DNA from: Callorhinchus milii
Taxonomy: Eukaryota
Assembly: GCF_018977255.1 (NCBI RefSeq)
Contig: NW_024704771.1
Coordinates: forward strand, 930,001 to 994,000
Length of the DNA stretch: 64,000 bases
Direction of reading: 5' to 3'
Positions 23,820 through 37,335 of the stretch are shown one piece after another. Positions within the stretch are counted from its first letter, which is position 1; each line of letters opens with the position of its first letter. The position numbers and the translations under genes are program-made. Below the pieces are notes generated by a model, which had not been told where the DNA came from, ran no database searches, and saw only the letters and a list, made by a program, of their open reading frames with translations.

Positions 23820-25860
23820 CCAAGAACAACAAATTATATTTTTGCAGCGCATTTCACGTCAGGACATCTCAAGTGGCTGTAATGTTAGGAATGCCAACCT
23901 GAGCTGGTGGTTGGGATCAGGAGGGCTGGAAGGCAGGGAGGGTGGACGTAAGAGGATGATCGATGGAATGGTCAAAAAGGAGTGATGGGCCTTGAAGGCG
24001 GCAACGGAAGGGGCGAGGTGGAGGGACTGAGGAATCGGGACAGAGAGGGTGAAGCCCGCTCGCCGATGGTGGGGTGGACAAGGTGGGGGACATGGAGTAG
24101 GCTGGAGATGCAGAGCGGAGAGGACAGGTTAGTGGGGTTAAGAGTTCACAGTGGTAGAGAGCAGCAAGGCCATGGTGGGCTTTGAATTTGAGGACCGGGA
24201 TGTTGAACTGTATCGTCTGAGGGATGGGGAGCCAGTGGAGCCGGGCGAGGATGGGGGTGATCGGGTCACGGAGCCTGGTTGGGGAGGTGGACAAAGAGGG
24301 AGATTCTGCAATTGAGCCTTGAGATGCCAAATGTGTGTATGAGGGTTTTGGTGGCCTGACGGGTGAGGAAGTGGAGGAGTCGAGCAATGTTGCGGAAGTG
24401 GGGGAAAGGCAGAGCGGATCATGGCATGTATATGGGAGAAAAAAGACAGTTGAGTGTCGAACAAGACACACAGGATCCTGACTGGGGGCTGGAAGTGAAA
24501 CGGTTAGGAAGACAAATTGGAGATTTTGAGAGATAAGCCCTGAACAATTCAAGCGGAGAACCTTTAATTTTGAGGCGAGAGGAGAGGTGGTGGAGGATGA
24601 TGGAGTGGTCCATGGTATTGAAGGCAGTGGAGAGGTCGAGGAGGACAAGGAGCCCGAGGGAGTCCTGGTCACAGATGAGCAAAATGTCCTTTGTCACCTT
24701 GACCAGAGCAGTTTTTGTGCTGCTAACAGCTCAGAAACCCAATTGGAGGGGATCGTGAAGGGAGTGGTAGGAGAGGAATGAACGAAGCTGGGAAGCAATG
24801 ACTCTTTCAAGGACCTTGGAAAGAAAAGGGAGGTTGGAGATGGGCCGGTAGTTACAAAGCAAGAATGGGTCCAGGGAAGATTTGTTCAGGATTGGGATGA
24901 TTCTCGCTGCTAAATGATAGAGAGCGATTGATGCTGTCGGAGAGTAAGAAGAAGTGTGGGGAATGGGGTCAAGGGAGCAGGTGGTGTGTTTCATGTTGGT
25001 TATGGTGGTGATGAGAGAGGAGGGGGAGACAGGTTCAAAAAGGTGAAGGGAGGTTATGTGTAGGGGTTAGAGTGTGGGGGTGAAGAAGGGGAGGGAGGGT
25101 GGAGGCAGTTGAACAGATCTTCTGGATTTTGGACTTGAGGAAATCCAGCATCTCCTCACAGTCACAACTTGAGGAGACAATAGGTGAGGCATAGGAGGGT
25201 GGACGGAGGAATTTGTGTTGGAGAATAGGAGCCTGGGGTCTTCCTTCTCGTCCAAGATTATCTTGGAGTAGAAGGACCGTTTGGTGGAGGTGAGGGCAGA
25301 GTGGTACGTTTGTGAGAGATGGGAGGGATGGAGGGTGGGCTTGAGGAGGGGTGTGATAACAGCGGGTTTCAGGGGGATTTACATGGATGGATTTGAAAAT
25401 TGAGCTCAGAATTGACGTCCGGCAATGAGTTTGATGGAGATTTTGAAATGGCGTCTCCGCGCCTGAAGCTGCCAAACCTTCGCCTCACTGGTCCCTCACC
25501 ACCACTCGTTCCTCCACCCGTGGCCTCAGTGGTCTCTCCCACCTGTTGTACAGATGGGAGATTTGAAATTTCTTGCCCCGCCAGTGCTCATCCATGGCCA
25601 ACCTCGCCCGGCTTTCATCGGCCAAACCTTCAGCCCTCCCCACTCACATCTTCCGCTGTTTACAGTGGTTTCCCGTTTCCCGAGGCCCTGCCATTCACTG
25701 ACTCACGAGCACGAGCACCATGTGTTGGGACCTTTGGAAGGACTGTCTGTGGTCCACCTCAGGACTCAGGACTTTCCCTTCCCAGCTCCCCTTAAACAGG
25801 TGATGGTAATAGATTGGGTGGTGGTGCGGGGCTGAGCCCCTCTAACTCTCATCACCCGCT
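23820..25860 (-). mobile_element. Degenerate L2 LINE
   Basis: [49 protein letters not shown] remnants. Confidence 0.88.
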
Positions 25861-26149
25861 GTCTAAGCACAACTACAGGTTAACCAAACTTCACTTGTTT
25901 TCTCTTATTAATAATAATCAATCCTTGTTTTTCCCTTTGTGATTGCTTTTGATGACTACATTCATTTTAATACCTTTCATCTGTTTATTTAATTAAACAA
26001 TGAAACACTAGATATGATTATTAATGATGCATTTGATATAGCGCCTGATAACGTCTTCGAGACGTCTCAAAGCTCTTCACAGAATATACTGTAAAGTTAA
26101 TTGCATATATACTTTCAGCCGCCAATGGTTCGCAGCATTGTCCCTGCAA

Positions 26150-27075
26150 CAGTTGGGTTTCAAATTATTTCATTATAAATAATTTTGTTTCAATCCTAAA
26201 CTGATCGGTTTGTGTATGAAAAATAAAATATTTGAAGCTACTTCAACAATATTAAACTCCAATTTATAATAATAACGAGCTGTGCCCATTACAGCTTTGA
26301 AAGCAAACCAAAGGATCCAATATGGAATGGAGATTTCAGTGACAGCATTGACAAACCATTTAACATACCATAAGCACTGTGTGTACACCTTAAGCAAAAC
26401 TGCCATACATGTGCGACGGGTCATAGCTCAGGAACGAAAGAAGATCGTATCTAAGCTATGCCAACCAAAGCGGTTTACTGTGTGATCCAGCAGGTCCTCG
26501 AGTTATTGCAAGGCTTCCGTGTGGACGATATTTGCAGCTTTTCCTTCTCCGGCCATGATGTACAGGGTTTGAGATCATAGCTTTCTCTGTTGAATCCAAT
26601 TCTGCTGTTCTTTGTTCTTCAGTTTCATTTAATTCGCCTTCTCTCTTTTCATAGCATTTCTGTTTGTCCTTGAAAGGCTTGATCTTCGCTTCCGCATCTT
26701 TAATATTAAGAAAATTATTGGGAGGACTCCTGTTGGGAGGAATGAGTGAGAAGACTCAGTGGGAGGAGTCCTTGTTCAGAGGACTCCTGTGGGAGGACTT
26801 GTGTTGGGAGGACTCCTGTGGGAGGACTCCTTGTTGGGAGGACTCCTTTTGCCACTTTTTTGCAGAATATAGAATGGTGTGTGATTTTGTTGCAAAATAC
26901 TGTGCAAACCCCATATTTTGGTGCTTAAGCTCATCAACAATAGGAGATCCCCGAAAAAAATATGCCCATGACACTCCACACTGCAAGAACTTTCCAATGA
27001 GGTATAAATCATGTTAATCGGTTATTGTGTTTTTAGCAGACAAACAAACAGACCTTTTTTCTATATTAGTTCAGA
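26150..27075 (-). mobile_element. Possible Helitron-like remnant
   Basis: Minus strand starts A|TCTGAACTAATATAG...GTCTGTTTGTTTGTCTG (resembles Helitron 5' ends as I recall them); internal GGAGGACTCC minisatellite; decayed charged frame (..NETEEQRTAELD..). Confidence 0.35.
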
Positions 27076-27691
27076 TAATAATCCTTGCATTTGATTTAGC
27101 ACTTCATCACAGCTTTGAGGCGTCTCAAAGTGCTTCACAGGATATAATGTAAAGTGAATTGACTGAAAAATAAAATATTTAAACTCCCACAGTAACACTT
27201 TATTACAGACAGAGAAATAGATTCACCTTTTCCTCGTTTCTCCTGATGGCTGTTGTGGTGTAATTTGAGGAATAGAATCATTTGCTGAAAGTTACTGTGG
27301 TTTAAAATGACAGTGAAGCCACACACAGCGTTAAATACATAAACCTGCAGTACCGCGTTACTGCCAACAGATGGTGGTGTTGCACTGGGAAACTTCACCC
27401 CAATGTTCACAGTAAAACAACAATAATAATCATAATAATAATATTTGAGAAGTGCCTTTTCATGTCAGGAGAACATCTCAAAGCACTTCACAGGATTCAC
27501 TGTAAACATAAGAGCTGAGAAGTTACAGGACATAGTTACACAGTGAACCTCACATCAGTATAATTGCTGACGTCACACCTGAACCCGAGTAAATTCACCT
27601 TTTCCTCGTGTCTCCTGATGGATGTTGTGATGTGATTTCAGGAACAGAGTCATTTGCTGAGGCTTAAAACGACAGTGAGGCCGAGCGTATA

Positions 27692-29400
27692 CAGTGGAAG
27701 CCACTTAAGACGGACACGCCAGGGCCGGGCATTTTGTCCGAATTAAGAGGGGCCCTGAAGTTAACTGGTTTCAATGCATTAAATCTCACCCGGTTTTCTT
27801 CATCCAATTACTGCAGCAACAAATTACATTTGTACAGCGGCTTTCACGTCAGGAGGAAATTGAACCTTTTTTATTGAAAACTTCTCTCAAGTCGGACTGC
27901 ACAAGATCAGTGCGGCGTCTCTCTCTGCTGCTCACAATGATGTCAGGAAGTGCATTCTAACACTTGTCATAGAGTCCGCTCTTTAGTACGAAGCTTTCTG
28001 CCTCTCACAGGCCAGTCAGACCTGTGCCGGCCATCACAGATGGGGCCTCGTTCTCCTCAGAGTTGCTGTCGCTGTCGTTCACGACTAGTGGCCCCTCGGC
28101 GACCACAGCTTCAGCCACGATGGCCTCGTGGTCCTGGGGATCACAGCAGAGTAGATCAGCGTCAATGTCCAGGATCTGGTCAGTGATCTGCCTCTCGCTC
28201 TCGGCCTCTGCGCTTGTCCTCCCCTCCGCCTCAGTGCAGGGAGCAGCATCACCAGTCACAAACCACCTTTGTGAAGCAGTCGGATATGATCGCAGGCTTC
28301 ATGCTCTCCCAGGCCCTGGCAACCATGCCGATGGCATCCAGAGGCTGATGTGTCTCACCAGCTCTCCCACCGTGGCATGGGGGCTGATCACGTTGCCATC
28401 GATGTTGTCCAGGAGGCACTTTCGTAGCTCCTCGTGGTAGGAGAGCTTCAGGTTTCGGATGATCCCTTGACCCATGATCAGAGTGGTGTCCGGGGGAATC
28501 AGTTCCAGGCAGATGTTCTTGAGGGTTGGAATGGTCAGGTGACATGGTGCACTGTCCACAAAAACAAGAATCTTACGCCCCTGCTCAACCAGCTCAGTGT
28601 CCCACTGCGTCAGCCACTCCTTAAAGATCTCTCATCATCCACGCCATCTTGTTGGCCTTATAGGTGATGGGTAGAACAGTGAGGTCAACCCCCTTCATAC
28701 AGCGAGGGCGTTGGCTCTTCCCGATGACCAGCGGTTTGCGCTGGTCACTGCCGGTCATGTTAGGGCAGGCCATCAGTGCGATGCTGTCCATCGCCCTCTT
28801 CACACCATTCAGCGCCGTCTGGTGAAAATACAATGAGCCGTCGTGTCCTGGACGGTAGTACAGCCCCGTTTCCTCCGCGTTGTAGATGTCATTGGCGGCA
28901 TAGGAAGAGAGCAGCACACTGCTGGTGTCAGCGCCCTCTGGGGCAGTGCTCTTTAGCTCTCTGGGAAGCAGCCTGTGTGTGATGTTGTTACGTGCCTTCC
29001 AGCGGCTAAACCAGCCGTCAGTCACCGTGAAGCCCGGCTTCCTGAGGTCACGCGCCAGGCTCTCTGCTTTGGCTTTGAGGATGGGCCAATGAGCAGCTGC
29101 CCCTCAGTGGACGCCCTTTGGAACCACAGGAGATCGTGCTCCACCTGGGGATCTTTGCCTTTGCGATCCCTCTTCTTATGAGGAGGCCGCTGTGTGGCAC
29201 AGCTTCATCTCACTGGCAATGATGTCGCCCAGTTTCGACGTCTTGACTCCAAGTCTTCTGGTCAGTTCTCGTAGCGGAGTCCCTCATGGCTCCACCTTGA
29301 CTCTGTCTAACACTTCTGTCTTCTCCAAGAGCGTCCGAGACATTTTCTTCGACATGGCGGCTGTTTATCACGCGCTGTGTGAGAGGGTGACATGAGTTAA
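27692..29400 (-). mobile_element. pogo/Tigger (TIGD-type) DNA transposon with disrupted transposase (ATG 29355 to ~28005)
   Basis: TA|CAGTGGAAGCCACTTAA TIR-like left end; CENP-B HTH (DGWFSRWKARNNI); DDE_1 remnants (DIYNAEETGLYY, LVIGKSQRPRC, VDSAPCH); stops and frameshifts; third Asp motif lost. Confidence 0.88.
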
Positions 29401-30039
29401 TGATAAAAAATAATAATCTGCGTATTTGCTACAGCGCCTGATCACAGTGTTGAGATGTCTCAAAGCACTTCCACAGGCAGTGAAGGCGTTGGATAGTGAA
29501 GCCTGTGTTAGAGAAAGAGCAACATTTTGGCGGGTGATGTGAATAGAGGAGCTGGTGGGGGAAGGTTCGGGGGAAAACGACTGTCAAGTATAAGTGATGA
29601 GAATTAATAATAGTATTTCTTGCATTTGATACAGAGCCTTATCATGTCTTTGAGATGTTTCAAAGGGCTTCACAGTATAAACTGTGAAGTCAATTGACTG
29701 TGTATTTTGTGGGCAGAGTATGACAGCCAATTGCATACAACAGTGACCCACAAACACTCTTGGATTGAGTGACCAAATTATTTCTTTTTTAATTCAGTTG
29801 GGAAGGATGTGGATGAGGGAAGTGAAAGAAGGGGGTAGGGGTTACCTTTTGGAGGCAGGGGAGGCAGGCCTTGGGGTGCGCTGATGATGGGGCAGTCGGG
29901 GTGGCTGCTCTGGGACAATCATTGACAAGTATTGCGGTGCTCCGGGTGGAGGAGGCTCAGGGCTGGAGCAGAGGGAAGTTTCTGGAAGGGCCCAGGATAG
30001 AGAGCAGGCGAGGAGGGTGACAGGAGACAAGAACTGATT

Positions 30040-30620
30040 GTAATAATAATTCTTGCATTTGATATAGCACCTTATCACATCTTCCAGATGTCCCGTAGGG
30101 CTTCAGACAATACTGTGTAAAGTGAATTGACTGTGTATTTTGTGGGAGAAACGTGGCAACCAATTGCACACAGAGGTGTCCCACAAACAGTCATGGATTC
30201 AGTGTCCAAATTCTTTTTTTAAGGGACTATTCCCCCCAGAATGCGACTAAAACTGGTTCCTATTGACTGCTTGGTAAACAGAGGCATGTGCAGTAAGGGA
30301 AGTTGCCTAAGTTTTCTCCCCGCTCGGGTATCGAACACGTGCTCGACAAGAGCCCAATCTGATATGTAATGTAGGGAGAGGGAGAGAGAGAATAATAGTA
30401 ACAATAATCCTTGCATATCATATAGTGACTTAACTCTTATTCAACACATCTCAAAGGGCTTCACAGGATACACTCTAAAGCGTATGTGACTGTATATTTT
30501 GTGGGCAAAGCGCAGCAGCCGATTGTGCACAGCAGTGTCCCCACAAACAGCCATGGATTGAAGCAACTAAATTATTATTGTTGTTGTAGGGATTAAATCC
30601 CCAGGAAAAGTGACCCGGCA
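30040..30620 (-). mobile_element. Two adjacent tRNA-SINE copies
   Basis: Reverse-complement tails (aataataat..cttgcatttgatatag) and core segments. Confidence 0.75.
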
Positions 30621-33600
30621 ATCGACGAACAACTGAGTGAAGTGAGAGAGAGGGAATGAGAGAGAGTCAGAGAGAGGGAGTGAGAGTCAGAAAGAGAGAG
30701 AGCGAGTGAGAGAAAGAGTCAGAGAGAGAAGGAGGGAGTGAGAAAGAGGGCGGGACAGAGAGGGCGGGGAGGGCGGGGAAGGAGATGACAGGAAACAGGT
30801 AATAAACAGTAACTTGTTGACTTTCCTGTTGTTTTGGGGGAAATGACTGGTTCCTTCCTGTGCACCGGAAGCTGTCAATGCACAACCCAACCGGGACCTG
30901 GCGCTTTGTGTCCGAATTAACCGGTGTCCAACGTTACCCGAATACCGCGGCCGCCATTGTGTGCTGTTATATCCCGCGGTGACGCTGTGTCACCAACGGG
31001 TGGCGCTGCCTCGTGTGGTATGTGGTTCGATGCCGCGGTGACGCTGTGTCACCAACAGGTGGCGCTGCAGCCACTCCGCACTGTCAGTGATACACCGCCA
31101 CCATCACAGAGATAGGGCGCTTTCACCCGCGCAGTGCATTGTGGCTCCCGGGCACCGCCATTGCTGCTGTTCCTTCTGCTCAGTGTCAGCGACACAAACC
31201 CCCGCACAGGCGGCGCTTCCTCTCGTCCCCGTCTCACCCCCTCCCTCTGGGGAAATGTCATCATTGTTATTATTATTACCTTCTGATCCGGGCCCAGGGG
31301 GAGGGTCACAGCCACAAACCTCCCAAACAAGTGGCTTCTGCTGATCTCTGGGTCTGGACACAGCCCCAAAGCTGAGAGTGGCAGCAGTTTGTGGGAGTGA
31401 GCGGTGGAGGGGACACGGCTGCAGAGAGCAGCACCGGAGCTCAGCGGAGGGTCTCACTTGCCCCGTTTGCCCGGACCTGGTCAAGGGTCCGGTTTCTCTG
31501 GTTTGCGGCCACAGCTTCTGCCGCTCGTGTCTCGCAGGGCTTTGGGAGAGGCCGGAGGCTCACTCCTGCCCGGAGTGTCGCCAGGTGTGTCCGGGAGGGG
31601 AGCTGAGAGCAGGTCGACCAATGGATAATTTGGCTGAAAAAGCTCAAAATCTCAGTCTGGATCCGAAACGGGGAGAAAGGGAACACCGTTGTGACGATCA
31701 TCGGGAAGAGCTGAAGCTGTTCTGTGAGACGGATAAGAAATTGATCTGTGAGATGTGTCTCATTTACGCTGAGGAACAGAATCACAAATCACTCAGTGAT
31801 GTCCATAGACAAAGCTGCTGAGATCTACAAAGGTACACAAGGAGCGGACTTTATAATGTGACTGCAATTACTCTTTCTTTCTTGAGCCGAGTGTCTGACA
31901 CACACGGAAACTATTGCTGTGTTTAAGAGAATCCAAAGCAGGTGGTGATTGAGATATAAGGGAGAAACTATTTCCACTGGTGGGTGGGTCGTAACCCGAG
32001 GATTTATAACAGTTAAAAGAAACAGAGGAGAGGTTTTCCCACAGCGTTGTTCGTGTCTGGAATGCATTGCGTGAAAGGGTGTTGGAAGCCGATTCAATAA
32101 CAACTTTCAAGAGAGAAGCAGATAATTATTTGGGGAGGACAAGTTTGCAGGGCTATGGGGAGAGAGCGGGGGAGTGGGAGTGATTGGGAAAGCTCTTCTC
32201 AAAGAGCCGACACAGACACAATGGACCAAAAGGCCTCCTTCTGTGCTGTATAATTCTATGATTCTATGATATGTTAACTGCACATGGAATATTGACCTGT
32301 GTCCCCGGAGGGACGCACTCTGTTTACAAATCTGTTGACTATTTGACACAGGCCGACAAGAGCCAAGGCTTGTGTATCCCAGAGTATATGTCGGGGTATC
32401 TATCGAAGTTTAACCAACTAAATGGCATGAGCGGCCATTGAGAGCGCTATCTGTCAGACTTCCCGCTGTGTGTTCTCTCTGGTCATACAGTTAACAATGT
32501 GTTTGTTTTAGTTAATTTCCATTTTGATTACAGGAGAAACTGAAATCATATTTCAACTTGGGTCTGAAGAGAAAGGATGTTTTTTTTCAGTGTTAATTTG
32601 GGCTAAAAGAGAAGATTTCTGCCTTGAAAGTAAGTTGCGTGTGATAGGAGTCAGCACTCTCACCTCTGAGCCAGAAGATTGTGGAATCCATCCCCACTAC
32701 GGGCTGTTAGTCGTGTCTCTCTCTTTACCGTGTGATGTCTGGGCTCTCAGTCGTGTCTCTCTATTTACCGTGTGATGTCTGGGCTCAGTCGTGTCTCTCT
32801 TTACCGCGTGTCATGTCTGGGGTCTCAGTCGTGTCTCTCTCTTTAACGTGGCCCGTTGTGATGTCTGACGCCTCACTTTACAGGAACAGGCGAGGAGTCT
32901 GCAGAACGACGTCACGGCTGAGTTTGCCGAAATGCACCAGAGCCTCAGTGACACGGAGCAGTGTGTAATGCGAGAGCTCAGAGAGTGAGAGGAGGAAATG
33001 TTATAGGGTTTGAAGAGGCGTTAAAATCTATAGACCCAGAATTAGTAACGTTACAGCGGCAAATGGATGAACAGGACATGGGGTCCTTTCTGAGGGTAAG
33101 AAAAGGAGATTGTTTTTATTTATGTAATAATAGTCCTTGCATTTTATACAGCGCCTTTAATTTCCTTTTAATGCCTCAAAGTGATTCATAATAAAGTGTA
33201 GTGAATGTGTATTTTATAGACAAATACAACAGCCAATTTGCACCGAAAGTGTCCCACAAACAGCAATGAAGTGAATGACCAATTGTATTTGGGAGTAACT
33301 CCCTTCACGTTTCCAGTCGTGTCCGGGATCTTTATCGTCCACCTGAACAGGCGCAACACCACAGGTTAACGTGTCATCCAAAGGACAGCCCTCAGCTCTG
33401 CAAAACTAACAACATAACAGAGCTCAGCCCTTACACTCGCCTACAAAACACACAGTCACTACACTTTACGGTGAATCCAGTGAAGTGTTTGAGATGTCCT
33501 CCCAATGTGAAAGGCTCTGTACCAAATGCAAAACTAAAAACGTAACAGAGCTCAGCCCTTACACTCGCCTACAAAACATACAGTCACTACACTTTACGGT

Positions 33601-33849
33601 GAATCCAGTGAAGTGTTTCAGACGTCCTCCCAATGTGAAAGGCTCTGTACCAAATGCAAAGCTCCTTCTTCTCACCTTGTGTAAAGCTCCCTGAGCGAGT
33701 CACCGTGTGGAGGTTGTTCCGCACGCGGAGGGTTAGCTGCTGTGACTCTGACCTCTCGGTGTTTTGTTTCATTTCAGGAGGAAGATTCTCGGAAGATCAG
33801 GTCTGACGTTCTCTTCATACAAACTGTTTCACTCATTAATGTCAAAGCA

Positions 33850-34290
33850 GTAACCACGGGATCCACTCTGCTGCCTGTGCCCTTTCTACTGCCACCCCCT
33901 CCCCAGCTCCCTGTGTCCCCGACCGGCCCCACCCATCCCTCCCTCACTTTTAATGGCCTCCAAGATCTTGATCCTCCTGACCTCGGTGACCTATTAACAC
34001 TATACCAACCTGTCTGCTCCACCTGCTCCATGTCCACAGCCCTACCCACCCCACCACTGGCGGTCGGGGTCTCTGCTTTTCTGCTCCAGCTTCTGGAACC
34101 AAAACCCCCCATCTCCCTCCCCTCCTTTAAGGCCCATCTCTTCCTCTTTGACCATGTCTTCAGCCACTCTCCAACTCCCACCCTCCAACCCTCTTGATTC
34201 CAACACCCGGCTCAGGTGTAACCCTTGACTGTCCAGCTCCTTGGGACATGTTTCTGAAGTGGAAGGTGCAGTGCAAATGTAATTTTTTGT
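33850..34290 (+). mobile_element. L2 LINE 3' fragment in TRIM intron
   Basis: L2 C-terminal remnants (SFKAHLFLFDHVF) and tail. Confidence 0.7.
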
Positions 34291-34639
34291 TTCTTGTTGT
34301 TATCTTTACAGTGTTAGTGAAGACTGGATCGAGCCATCAGTGTTACGAGGAGATTTGACTCTGGCAAAGACTTCACAGTGTGGAGAGAAATGATCCACAT
34401 GATCAGCCTTGGTGAACAGTTCCAGACTCGTCCCTCACTATAAAGCCCTCACTGTGTGGTAGATGCAGAGAGTTGTTTTTGGTCAGCAGTTGGGTGTCTG
34501 ACACACACGGAAACCCATCACCATGCTTCTGAGTCTCTGAACCAGTCTGAGAGTTGCATATACATATGCCACCTCCACATGGAAATTTCCCTGTGTCTCA
34601 CCAGTCCTGACTGTGGGCTCCAGGAGGTCACCACCTCAC

Positions 34640-35070
34640 ACAGACAGACATTCATCCAAAGAGAGACACGCACTCACAGACACAGAGAGACACACACTCA
34701 CAGACACAGAGAGACACACACTCACAGACACAGAGAGACACGCACTCACAGACACAGAGAGACACACACTCACAGACACAGAGAGACACACACTCACAGA
34801 CACAGAGAGACACACACTCATAGATATAGAGAGAGACATACAACCAGAAAGAGAGACACACCGAGACACATACTCAGAGAGAGACTCCTATTCAGACAGA
34901 GAGAGAGACACACACACAGATTCACACCCAAGAGAGAGAGTGACACACACATAAGTAGGGAGAGACACACAGACACGCTCAAACACCCAGAGACAAAGAC
35001 ATACAGATACAGACACGCGCACAGACAGAGACACACACATACTTGCGGAGACACACACAAACACAAACAA
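34640..35070. repeat. CA/GA compound minisatellite (CACTCACAGACACAGAGAGACACA)n
   Basis: Direct reading. Confidence 0.9.
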
Positions 35071-35072
35071 AC

Positions 35073-35580
35073 ATAGGAACAGGAGTTGGCCATTCAACCA
35101 TTCGAGTCTGTTCTGCCATTCAATTAGATCATGGCTGATCTGTACCTGAACCCTATCCATTCCAATTTCCCACTTTTTCCCCCGTATCCCTTGACACCCT
35201 GAACTACCAAAAACCTCACGCTTGAAGGTGTGGATGGATTAAGAATCCACAGCCTTTTGGAGGAGAGAAATCCAGATTTCTACCACCATTTGAGTGAATA
35301 AATGCTTCGTGATTTCACTTTTAAATGGCCTGGTTCTAATTTGAAGATTATGCCCTTGTTTTAGATTTCCCACCAGAAGTAATAGCTTCTCTGTAACTAC
35401 CCATTCAAATCCGTTCACCATCTCAAACACCTCAATCAAATCACCCCTCAACCTTCCAATCTCAAGGGAATACAATCTAAGTTTACGCAGCCTTTCCTCG
35501 TAACGTAACCCTTTGAGGCCTGGAAACATTCCAGTGAACCTGTGTTGCACCCCCTCCAGGGCCAATTATATCTTTCCTGA
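35073..35580 (-). mobile_element. CR1 LINE 3' fragment
   Basis: ALEGVQHRFTGMFPGLKGLRYEERLRKLRLYSLE..RLRGDLIEVF is the CR1 ORF2 C-terminus; CR1-type 3'UTR. Confidence 0.9.
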
Positions 35581-36184
35581 AGAAAGATATGGTCACACAT
35601 TACCTCACACAGACAGACAGAGAGAGACACACTGAGAGAGAGAGGAGAGAGACACAGACAGCGCTCCCCACAGCGGCTCCTTAAAGCCGGGCGTTGGGCA
35701 GTGGTAACTCACCAGCCAGTGAAGCCCATTTCCCACCTGTGGTGCTGACACTATCCCAACCCCCAGCGCCGCGCACACACATCCAGAGCCGCTCACGTGC
35801 ACAGAGGCCTGGGGCCGAGCAAACCACTGTTACTGGTGTTCGTGGGGGCAGAGGGGGTGCGATCTTCTATTGGCCCAGGAATCGGGGTGGCTGGTCTATC
35901 ATGAGCAGCTGCTTCAGTGTTTAAGTCAATCTCTCCGCAATCAAAGCAATCGCTCACTGTGTATTTCTCTCTCTCTCAGCTCCGGCCGTCTGACTCTGGA
36001 TCCTGACGCAGCCCATCCCTGGCTCATCGTGTCTAAGGACCTGACCAGCGTGAGATACGGGGAAAAAAATGAGAAGCAGCTCCGTAACACCTGGAAGAGG
36101 TTCAGTTACTGTCCCATTGTCTGGGATCTGATGGGGAAAACTCTGAGCCGCTGACAATCTGCTGGTCACAGGTTAAACCTGTCT

Positions 36185-36510
36185 CAGTCTGGCTCAGTCG
36201 GTAATGCTCTGGGCTCTGAGTCCGAAGGTTGTGGACTTTAAGTTCAGTGACTCCAGTGCAGTCCTGGGGGGAAGCCCTGCATTCTCAGAGTTGCCCTCCT
36301 TTTGATTGAGTGGATGTGAAAGATCCTATGGCACTGTTCAAAGAGGGGAAGCAAGTTTCTCCCAGTTTTCTGGCCAACAATCCCCCAAATAAGATTGTTT
36401 TTTCCTTCATGGCTGTTTGTGTGCAATGTAGTGCTTTGGGACGACCTCCTGACATGAAAGCTCTTTATAAGTGTAAATTGTATGACAAGAATCATAATAA
36501 TAATAATAAT
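36185..36510 (+). mobile_element. SINE with conserved core (aggtggatgtgaaagatcctatggcact-type)
   Basis: tRNA-like head and core shared with the SINEs at ~1240, ~3180 and 4146. Confidence 0.65.
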
Positions 36511-37320
36511 CCTTACAACTGGAATAGCAGCTTTCACTACGGGATGACATCCCGGGATACACTGTAGTGACTGTATTTTGTGGGTGAACAAAACACATTG
36601 TGTCATATTGCTCTTAAGGTAATATCTTGTGATGTTCTTTGAGATGTTTCAATGGTGTGATTTTTAGCCCGACATCAAAATCAAGGGTTATTATGGTCTG
36701 GGCGGGAGCGAGATGTATCCAGGGGTGATGGGGTTACATTTTATAGGCCGCTTCTCTGGATCGTGGGAAACTTGGGAGCGTGTCAATCTGCCGAGCTTGG
36801 CAGCGTGATCCTGTCTGAGGTTTTCACCTTTACTTGGCAACGGCATTGCGGGTAAAGTGGTGTGTTCAGCCAAGATACGGAAATATACAAATTGGGTAAA
36901 TGTGGGGATAATTTCAAATTGTGTAAAGAGTGAAAATTGCACAAATGTACACACTGCGCATTAAATAATTGTTTGAATAAGGAACCGACTGGAGAAACCA
37001 TATCAATGAATCACCTAAATCACTACAAATGTCACTGACAGTGTTTTCAGCCACTGTGCCCCGAAGCTCTGGATTCCCTCCCTCAATCCCTCCGCCCATT
37101 GCCCCCTCCCTCCACACTTTCAAATCCCATCCAAAGACCTTACATTTTGATTGTGTTCACTGTCACCTCTCCCCTCCCTCTACCCCTGGATCGGGGTCAG
37201 ACTCCCCCTCTGTCAAGCGCTCTGGGACGCTGCCCCGCGTGAAGGACGCGATATAAATGCAAGTTGTTGAATATAAACTCAAGTCTAATAAGTGGAGACA
37301 TTGCTGTATGGGGCAGTGCT

Positions 37321-37335
37321 GCCGCCATCTGGTGG
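37321..37335 (-). promoter_or_regulatory. CTCF core motif CCACCAGATGGCGGC
   Basis: Full match to CCASYAGRKGGCRS on the minus strand. Confidence 0.5.

Larger units (their letters stand above)
31415..36140 (+). pseudogene. TRIM (RING-B-box2-coiled-coil-PRY) pseudogene; SPRY missing
   Basis: Exon 1 ~31415-31832: intact C3HC4 RING and B-box, but no ATG (ACG) and frameshifts. Coiled-coil exon 32884-33095 with TGA and TAG. 23-nt exon 33778-33800. Exon 34312-34411 frameshifted. PRY exon from 35980 (LTLDPDAAHPWLIVS) breaks off near 36140. Confidence 0.9.
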
